From: Candidatus Saccharimonadia bacterium
GTDB taxonomy: Bacteria > Patescibacteriota > Saccharimonadia > UBA4664 > JBBRNT01
NCBI GenBank assembly: GCA_038230095.1
Contig: JBBRNT010000002.1
Span: 101,341 to 165,340, forward strand
Reading direction: 5' to 3'
Length of the DNA: 64,000 nucleotides
The notes beneath the pieces are model-generated. The model ran no database searches, was not told where the DNA came from, and saw only the letters and a program-made list of their open reading frames with translations. A program made the translations under genes and the position numbers. Below are positions 56,108 to 64,000 of this stretch, piece after piece (position 1 is the stretch's first letter; every line of letters starts with the position of its first letter).

Positions 56108-57391
56108 GTGAATCATCTACTAACATTTGAGAAGATTGTCCCCGAAGGGCGTGCGCTCGCACGAACGCCCGAGGGACTGGTGGTGTTCTGCGACGGTGTC
56201 CTACCCGGCGAGACGGCAGAGGTAGAGATTATCCGCCAGAAGAAGAGCTACGCCGAAGCACGGCTGATTGCAGTGACTAAGCCGGCCAAGCAGCGGAGCG
56301 GCGACGCCGAGGAGCACTATCTCTCGTGCTCCCCCTGGCAGTCAGTCGACTATGCCTACCAGCTTGAGCTGAAGCATGGCCTCATTATTGATGCCTTTGG
56401 ACAGACCAAGCAGGAGCTACCGAAGTTTACTGTGACCCCGTCACCGGCAGCACAAGGCTACCGTAATAAGCTAGAATTTGTGTTTGCCGGCGAGCCGGGC
56501 GCGCTGGAGCTGGCGCTACACCTGCGTGGTAGCCGCGACGAGGTAGTGGCTGCGCCAGAGGGCTGCGTGCTGGGAACAGCAGCTATGAACGCTGCCGCCA
56601 TGGCCGCCCGCGACTGGCTCAATGCTCATGCAATAAGCAGCGTCTCGCGATTAATCGTTCGCGCCGATGCCAGCGATAGACCGCTCATAATCCTGGTCTC
56701 GCTGCCCCACTACAGCCTAGATTGGGCAGCGCTAAAGCCGCCGTTTGACGCCCTAGTGGTGTGCGCACCCAGCGAACGGGGCGACGGCCTGGGCAAGGTA
56801 CTGTACCAGCAAGGTAGCGTTACGCTGCGGCACAGCTTTAATAAGCTGAAGCTGGTATACGGCTATGATTCGTTCTTTCAGATTAATCCGGTGGCCTTTG
56901 CCGGCGCGCTCAGAGCTATACAAGCCGCTGTAGCTCCTGGCCAGAGCGTAGTGGAGCTGTACGGCGGTGTTGGCACTATTGGACTGGGGCTGGCCGCAGA
57001 GGCTAAGTCATTGGTGGGCGTTGAGGTGCTAGCGGGCGCAGCTGGCTCGGCCAAGGCAAACGCCAGCTCTAATGGACTTACAAATTACCGAGCCGTCTTA
57101 TCCCCTACCGAGAACATTGAGCCAACCCTGCTTACAAATGCCCAGGTGATAGTGGTAGACCCACCGCGCGGCGGCCTGCACCCCAAGGCAATTCAGCTTA
57201 TCCTAGACTCCCCCGCCGAGCAGCTGGTCTACCTGTCCTGCAACCCAGTAACCCAGGCGCGCGATCTGGCACTGCTTGGTACCGCCTTTACCCTAGAGGC
57301 ATTTAGCGCCTACGACTTCTACCCCGGTACGCCCCACGTAGAGTCTCTGGCTACGCTCCGCCGGTCTCCAGGTGTTCAACAGCCAGAATAA
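56108..57391 (+). CDS. rlmD: TRAM-domain RNA (uracil-5)-methyltransferase, RlmD/TrmA family
   Basis: LPGE, YRNK, SFFQIN, ELYGGVG, VDPPRGG, YLSCNP, DFYPGTPHVE. Confidence 0.88.
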   Translation: MNHLLTFEKIVPEGRALARTPEGLVVFCDGVLPGETAEVEIIRQKKSYAEARLIAVTKPAKQRSGDAEEHYLSCSPWQSVDYAYQLELKHGLIIDAFGQTKQELPKFTVTPSPAAQGYRNKLEFVFAGEPGALELALHLRGSRDEVVAAPEGCVLGTAAMNAAAMAARDWLNAHAISSVSRLIVRADASDRPLIILVSLPHYSLDWAALKPPFDALVVCAPSERGDGLGKVLYQQGSVTLRHSFNKLKLVYGYDSFFQINPVAFAGALRAIQAAVAPGQSVVELYGGVGTIGLGLAAEAKSLVGVEVLAGAAGSAKANASSNGLTNYRAVLSPTENIEPTLLTNAQVIVVDPPRGGLHPKAIQLILDSPAEQLVYLSCNPVTQARDLALLGTAFTLEAFSAYDFYPGTPHVESLATLRRSPGVQQPE

Positions 57392-58175
57392 TATCGTCTG
57401 TAACTAGCTTGGCATAGAGCTCGGTTATCTCGTGGGCCGCGTTCACTGTGGTCAGCTGCATATGGTCCCGGCCGTGGACGAAGTCTTTTAGATAGCTCTT
57501 GATAACTAAGGGGTCGAGTCGACCGACATAGAGATGAGTAGGCATACTGAGATCGCTGGCATAGGCCATGGTGTGTTGCCCCATAATAGTGTTGCCCAGG
57601 CTACGCTCAAAAGCTAGCCAATTGGCAGCGTTTAGCTCAAATCCGGCAGCAGCTGGTATGTAGCGCGCCACGAACTCTGCGCGTTTCAGCGTTAAGGTAG
57701 GATTGGCCAATAGGTAGGCATAGACGCGCTCGTAGGCTGAGTCGAGGCGTTTGGACTCGGCACTCTGTTGCCCAGTGCTGGTTTTGTACAGCGGCATACT
57801 GAGTAGGAAGAGCTGGTTGACTAGCTTGGGACGGCGCCGGGCGACCTCCACAGCAATAAGTGCGCCCATGGAGTGTCCAACGAGGATAATAGGGCCTCGG
57901 ATACGCATGGACCGCAGCGTGCCCAAAACCGAATCGGCGTGGTCAGCAATGGAATAGTCCTTCCAATCCGGCTTGGGTGAGCTACCAAAGCCGAGCATTT
58001 CCAAGGCGATCACCCGGCAGTTGGTGAGAAGCGGCGGAATGACGTAGGTATAGGTAAGAGCGGTAGCAGCGATGCCATGCAGGAGCACCACTGTCGGACC
58101 GGTGCCCTCATCGACTGCCACATGGAGCCGGTAGGCACGTCTAAGCAGTTTGTGGAAGATGTGTTCACGAAGCAT
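57351..58175 (-). CDS. Alpha/beta fold hydrolase
   Basis: VVLLHG, GFGSSPKP, VGHSMG, GRLD, AAHE. Confidence 0.9.
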   Translation of the reverse strand: MLREHIFHKLLRRAYRLHVAVDEGTGPTVVLLHGIAATALTYTYVIPPLLTNCRVIALEMLGFGSSPKPDWKDYSIADHADSVLGTLRSMRIRGPIILVGHSMGALIAVEVARRRPKLVNQLFLLSMPLYKTSTGQQSAESKRLDSAYERVYAYLLANPTLTLKRAEFVARYIPAAAGFELNAANWLAFERSLGNTIMGQHTMAYASDLSMPTHLYVGRLDPLVIKSYLKDFVHGRDHMQLTTVNAAHEITELYAKLVTDDIILAVEHLETGGA

Positions 58176-58306
58176 AGCAACTATTATACCGGTTTTTGGG
58201 CAATATACCTGTGCTAATTAGTGCATGGTGCCTGATAGGACAGTGTCAGACAGCGATTGAGTGATGTAGATTTATATGTGAAAACCGAATGCGACAATAC
58301 AGGCTG

Positions 58307-60202
58307 CTAGGGTTGTAGTCCTTGTAGTAGTCCGCCCCACTCAACGGCGGTGAAGCCGCTGCGAGAAGGCGCAGATAGAATCTGGGGCGTGAGGGCCGTA
58401 GGGGTGTCGAGACCTTCGAAGTCCAGGAAGACACGGATGGTAGTGTCCGGGCGAGGGCTGATCCTGAGAGGGGCCAGTGTGTCCAGCTCGGATTTGGTTA
58501 GCCAGCTGAGGCGGGTGTAGGGCTTATTCGTCGGTAGCTTAGAGCCCCAGAAGTCCACAAAGTCGCGGATCTCACTAGGGTTCAGTCCCTGTGCTGCCAG
58601 ATCGGTCTGGATGGTGGCCAGGGCCTGTCCGCTCGGCACAACCCTACCCGCACTTGCGGCGGGGTAGGTACCGCGGCCGAGACCATCCCAGAACAGTGAC
58701 TTCACTATGCCAGAGGTGGTTACGAGACTGCCGTTTGGACTGGCCAGGACATGCCATCCATCTGGACCATACAGTGGTGCGCTGTTCCAGATGGTAGCGC
58801 CCACTGACACGCTCACCGTAGTGGGCTTGGTCGGATACAGGTAGATAACCGGCTTAGCGCAGCCGCCTGGAGTGCGATAGTCTTTGGCGCTCATGATTAC
58901 TAGATTTCCTAGGCTATCGTGGAAACCAATAACACCAGGTAAGGCAGCAAACTGTGGTTCCGTCAGGGTAAGCGATATGCCATCCGGAGCTTGCGTTGAA
59001 TCTTTTATATACCCGACGAGCTGCTCATAATCCTTGTAGAAGCCTATGGTAAGTGGATTTGTCTCATTCAGCGCGTACAATGGCCCACCGCCGATAGTGC
59101 CTATCTGAGTCGTATTTTCGACATCTAATGCCGCCATACGGCTGACGGTACCGATGGATCCGCATCCAAATGCTCCCTGTGAATAGCTCTTGGCAGCAAG
59201 TGCTGGGGCGGTGAACTTCAGTTGAGATGTGTCGTAGGAGCCATCTGCCTTCTGGAAGCCCTCTGGCAAGCTTGCTAAGTAGCCATACCACTGAGAGTCC
59301 TTGGTCCTCAAAGCGTATCCGCGCAGATTATACCCCTTTGGTAGATTGGTACCATCGTACTCGTAGAGCTTGCCCTGAGGCGCATCGCCGAGCAAGGTGT
59401 AGCCATCTGGGGCGGACCTTGAGAAGCCCAGCGTACTGTAGCTCGGTCGGATGAGACTACCTGATTTGTACGCCATGCTTGTAGGCACTGTTAGCTCGGT
59501 GAGGGTAGTGGTCTGGTCAAAGGTAACACTACCGAAAAAGGTGTAGCTAGTAACTAAATCGGTTGAGGAAGAATCGGTTTGGTAGAACCCACGTGGTGAG
59601 TGCTTGACGAGAAGAAAGACGGCTTTATTGGCCTTTTGAACCCCGATGAAGCTCACGCCCTCCCCGAAGGAGGTAAAGCCAAACCGGTCCTGAACCACGA
59701 GCGCAAAGAGGGTGTCACCACCTTTGTTTGTTCCCAGCTTGTAGTACTGGGCGCTTTTCTCGTCTGTCCGCTCGTCCTCGGTATCGGTTTTGAGCAAATG
59801 CAAATTATCCATGGCCACCGGCTCGGCGCTGTACTGCATGCTGCCTGATGCCACCCCAGCAACACCCGTAATGTGCTCGCTGACGTGGGTAGCGGCTTTG
59901 CGAGTAGTGTAGGTAGCAGTGCTCGCGACGGGCGCCATCGTGGCCCGGTTGTAGTACACAATATAGCCGCCTAGCAGGCAGACCAGAGCAGTAAGGCCGA
60001 TGAGCAGCCAAGTGAATGCTGTGGGCTTCCAGACAAAGTGTAAGGGGTGCTGGGGGTGACTCGTGCCGCCGGCGCCGACCTCGTCTGGCGATGACTCTGC
60101 GGCTGCGGGCTGGAAGTGCTCGCCGTCGAGTACCTCATCTGCGTTCGCAACTGGTACGGCTGCGGGCGTGGGTAGCGTGGGTTTCTTGGCTTTGCGTGAC
60201 AT
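58307..60202 (-). CDS. Large membrane-anchored protein with KPVIYLYP...EWGG C-terminal domain
   Basis: TM near N-terminus; CAKPVIYLYP, LFWDG, FVDFW, PDTTIRVF, VEWGG; GGAG RBS. Confidence 0.8.
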   Translation of the reverse strand: MSRKAKKPTLPTPAAVPVANADEVLDGEHFQPAAAESSPDEVGAGGTSHPQHPLHFVWKPTAFTWLLIGLTALVCLLGGYIVYYNRATMAPVASTATYTTRKAATHVSEHITGVAGVASGSMQYSAEPVAMDNLHLLKTDTEDERTDEKSAQYYKLGTNKGGDTLFALVVQDRFGFTSFGEGVSFIGVQKANKAVFLLVKHSPRGFYQTDSSSTDLVTSYTFFGSVTFDQTTTLTELTVPTSMAYKSGSLIRPSYSTLGFSRSAPDGYTLLGDAPQGKLYEYDGTNLPKGYNLRGYALRTKDSQWYGYLASLPEGFQKADGSYDTSQLKFTAPALAAKSYSQGAFGCGSIGTVSRMAALDVENTTQIGTIGGGPLYALNETNPLTIGFYKDYEQLVGYIKDSTQAPDGISLTLTEPQFAALPGVIGFHDSLGNLVIMSAKDYRTPGGCAKPVIYLYPTKPTTVSVSVGATIWNSAPLYGPDGWHVLASPNGSLVTTSGIVKSLFWDGLGRGTYPAASAGRVVPSGQALATIQTDLAAQGLNPSEIRDFVDFWGSKLPTNKPYTRLSWLTKSELDTLAPLRISPRPDTTIRVFLDFEGLDTPTALTPQILSAPSRSGFTAVEWGGLLQGLQP

Positions 60203-60508
60203 AAATACTCCGTTTTAGCGGACTGTTAGCCTAAGCATAAGCGTAAAACCAGGTACATACAATATGGGTACGCTCACAGCCTGACAAAGAAATAGACCCC
60301 TCAGCTTGCGCTTTGGGGTCTAGATCTCCCCCTGAATCAACTGTCCGCTACAAGTAGCTCGCCGTTGATCAAGGATGAACTCATTGTATTAGTATGCCGG
60401 CGCCGCCGGTAGTTGCGCATTGCTAATTATTCCTACAAACGGGGTCTATGTTTATGTCATTACGACTAGGGTAAGCGGTATCACAAGGCCATGTTGTACA
60501 ATGGGGCT

Positions 60509-60910
60509 ATGAACTACTTTCTGGCTAAATCTGAACCCAGTACCTACTCCATTGACGATCTAGAGCGAGACGGCGAAACCACCTGGGACGGCGTTCACAA
60601 CTACCAAGCGATTGCCTATATTAAGACTATGAAGCCCGGTGATCTGGTGTATATCTACCACTCACAAACTGACAAAGCCATAGTGGGCCTTGCCGAAGTT
60701 ACATCCGAGCCGTATGAGAACACGGCCGATCCCCGTCCGAGCTGGGTAGTGAAGCTGAAGTTTGTGAAGAAGTTTGTGAAGACCCTGACGCTTGCCCAAG
60801 TGAAGGGCGAGCCCTTGGCGGCAGACTTTCTACTGGTGCGGCACTCCCGACTATCTGTTATGCCAGTGCCGGCTCCGGTTGCCAACTGGATAAATAGTCA
60901 GCTTGCCTAG
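60509..60910 (+). CDS. EVE domain protein
   Basis: YFLAKSEP, WDGVHNYQA, GD..YIYHS, SRLSVMPV; ATG 60509. Confidence 0.93.
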   Translation: MNYFLAKSEPSTYSIDDLERDGETTWDGVHNYQAIAYIKTMKPGDLVYIYHSQTDKAIVGLAEVTSEPYENTADPRPSWVVKLKFVKKFVKTLTLAQVKGEPLAADFLLVRHSRLSVMPVPAPVANWINSQLA

Positions 60911-61538
60911 GCCTGGGGGCCAGTGTCTTTGACCCCACCACGGACTTCTTTGCTGAGGACCTTACCCCTCTCGTCAATTTCATAGATGAACACCTCACCG
61001 GTACCCATTTCTAGGCCGGAAATGTCTTCGTCCGCAATGCCCTCTAGGTCTTTGGCCAGCGCGCGCAGACTATTGCCGTGCGCGGCGACTATGACATTGT
61101 GACCGGCCCGCAGGTCGGCCAGAATGTGCTTTTCGTAGTACTTGGTTGCCCTGGCATGCACGTCCTTCAGGGTCTCCCCGCCCGCTATGGGGTGGTTCCA
61201 CGCACGGCGAATACTATTGAACTCAGCTTCGCCAAGCTTATCCTTGAGCTCCCATTTATTCATCCCGGTAAGGTCGCCGTAGTCGCGCTCGTTCAGGTCT
61301 GGGTGGTGCGTGGTCTCGAGGGTGGTACCCAAGGCAGACTGGATCTCTTCCAGGGTTTGCTGGGCACGCTTGAGGTCAGAGGTGTAGGCCTTGTGGAGGG
61401 TAATCTCCCGCAGGTGCTCGGCCGCTAGCTTGGCCTCGGCCCTCCCCCGTTCGCTGAGGGATACGTCACTCCAGCCTGTCCACTTACCCAGCGCATTCCA
61501 CTCCGACTGCCCATGACGAACGAGTACAAGGTAGGCCA

Positions 61539-61539
<1 letters not shown>
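60907..61539 (-). CDS. gpmA: 2,3-bisphosphoglycerate-dependent phosphoglycerate mutase
   Basis: LVRHGQSEWN, LNERDYG, AAHGNSLR. Confidence 0.96.
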
Positions 61540-62843
<1,304 letters not shown>

Positions 62844-62859
62844 TTACCCTGCTATGTTC

Positions 62860-63831
62860 TCAGATAGCCAGCTCCGTAGCAACTTCGGCTAGTACGACCC
62901 GGGCTTCGTCGTAGCTATGTGTCAGCATAAAACGCAGGCGAATGTCGGCCGCACCGGGGAAGCCAAGCAGGTAGATCTTATAAAAACGTTTGAGCGGCTC
63001 ATAGCTTTTCTTGTCACCCCAAGTGGCTTGGTATAGCTCGAGGTGGTGCTTAAGCGCGGCTAGGCCGGCTGCTGGGCTGTGCTCGGTGGGAGTGTGCTCA
63101 AAAGTCCAGGGGTTATGGAAGACGCCGCGGCCAATCATAATGCCGTCCACGCCATATTGCTCAGCTAGCTCTAGGCCATGGGCACGGTCGCGGACGTCGC
63201 CATTGCCAATAATGAGGGTAGTCGGGGCCAGTTCATCGCGTAGCTTCACGACTTTGCCTATTTCGTCCCAGTGGGCCGGGACCTTGGTCATTTCTTTTTG
63301 GGTACGACCGTGGATGGTGAGCACGTCAATGTTCTGTTGGAGCAAGTGCCCAATCCAGTCTTCTGTCGTAATAGTCTTGAAGCCAATGCGTGTCTTGACG
63401 CTGACGGGTAAGTCACCAGCGGCATCTTTGACGCGCTGAATAATCTCCGCGGCCAGGGGTGGGTTATTGATAAGCCCGGCGCAACAGCCGCGGGCTACTA
63501 TCCCCTTCTCGGGACAGCCCATATTAATATCGATGCCGCTAAAGTGGCCAGTAGCCACCAGCTCTTTGACCGTCTCATAGTAGTGCTCAGGTACATTGCC
63601 CCAGACCTGGGCGACCAGCTTGGTGCCTGACTCATCGGGATGGACATAGAACTTCTGCTCTACCTTGTGACGGCCATTACTCTGCATGCCAGTAGCGTTG
63701 CCAAACTCGGTCACAAATACGTCTGGCGACGCCAAACCAGCCACCACCCGCCGGAACGGTGAGTCGGTGACGTCGTCCATAGGGGCCAGGACGAAAAACG
63801 GCTTGGGTAGGTCTTGCCAGAAATTGCTCAT
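62860..63831 (-). CDS. dus: tRNA-dihydrouridine synthase
   Basis: LAPMDDVTD, DINMGCP, SVKTRIG, HGRT, NGDV, MIGRG. Confidence 0.95.
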   Translation of the reverse strand: MSNFWQDLPKPFFVLAPMDDVTDSPFRRVVAGLASPDVFVTEFGNATGMQSNGRHKVEQKFYVHPDESGTKLVAQVWGNVPEHYYETVKELVATGHFSGIDINMGCPEKGIVARGCCAGLINNPPLAAEIIQRVKDAAGDLPVSVKTRIGFKTITTEDWIGHLLQQNIDVLTIHGRTQKEMTKVPAHWDEIGKVVKLRDELAPTTLIIGNGDVRDRAHGLELAEQYGVDGIMIGRGVFHNPWTFEHTPTEHSPAAGLAALKHHLELYQATWGDKKSYEPLKRFYKIYLLGFPGAADIRLRFMLTHSYDEARVVLAEVATELAI

Positions 63832-63936
63832 ACGAGGTACAACTCTACAATATTTTGATGGCTCTGTAAATGACGCGATATGTATAAATACTAGCTAAGG
63901 TGATGTGGATGGATGACTGTCTTGCTAGGCAAGTAG

Positions 63937-63964
63937 TTCGCATTCCGTTCGGTTCCTGTATAAT
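63937..63964 (+). promoter_or_regulatory. Promoter with TTCGC-N6-TTCGG repeat upstream of TATAAT
   Basis: TTCGC 63937-63941, TTCGG 63948-63952, TATAAT 63959-63964. Confidence 0.5.
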
Positions 63965-63971
63965 AGCCTCT

Positions 63972-64000
63972 ATGAAATACACGCTGTCGCGCGACCAAGC
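63972..64000 (+). CDS. Probable start of a gene running off the window (MKYTLSRDQ...)
   Basis: ATG 7 nt after TATAAT, as for other leaderless genes here; only 9 codons visible. Confidence 0.45.

Noticed and set aside
29655-58252. TGTCTGACACTG at 29655-29666 and, inverted, at 58241-58252 as a GntR-type operator
   Set aside because: Only two 12-mers, no cognate regulator in the window; cannot be separated from chance

Overview
Chromosomal segment of a bacterium using the standard genetic code. The gene repertoire points to Patescibacteria/CPR, most likely Saccharimonadia-like (inference): reduced dcw cluster, VirD4/HerA-like ATPase, sigma4-HARE-HTH protein, sortase, PEGA protein, stand-alone receiver domains and many Pro/Ala-rich proteins. 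It holds the end of glyS, a dcw cluster (mraZ-rsmH-ftsL-ftsI-mraY-ftsW-murG-ftsQ), a class A PBP, topA, dprA, pth-der-dac-rluB-scpBA, two two-component pairs, gltX, mreB with a glycosylation operon, queA, an Rpf-like enzyme, a solo Cas4-like nuclease, rlmD, gpmA, eno, dus, tRNA-Glu(CTC) and tRNA-Leu(CAA). No CRISPR array, transposase, integrase or rRNA was seen. Most of the unexplained signal is non-coding: (1) two tandem ~170-nt copies of the tRNA-Glu 3' end with structured inserts in the T-loop; (2) a ~215-nt structured RNA between dprA and pth, with its own promoter and terminator and an anti-SD-like loop; (3) a dispersed structured repeat between convergent genes; (4) TTCGG direct-repeat operators inside promoters; (5) tandem TTGACA elements in the promoter of a sigma4-domain protein; (6) a hidden 21-aa ORF and structured RNAs inside the dcw operon; (7) pervasive leaderless gene architecture. 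A 66-aa protein also resembles the archaeal chromatin protein Cc1. All family calls come from motif recognition by eye; no searches were run.
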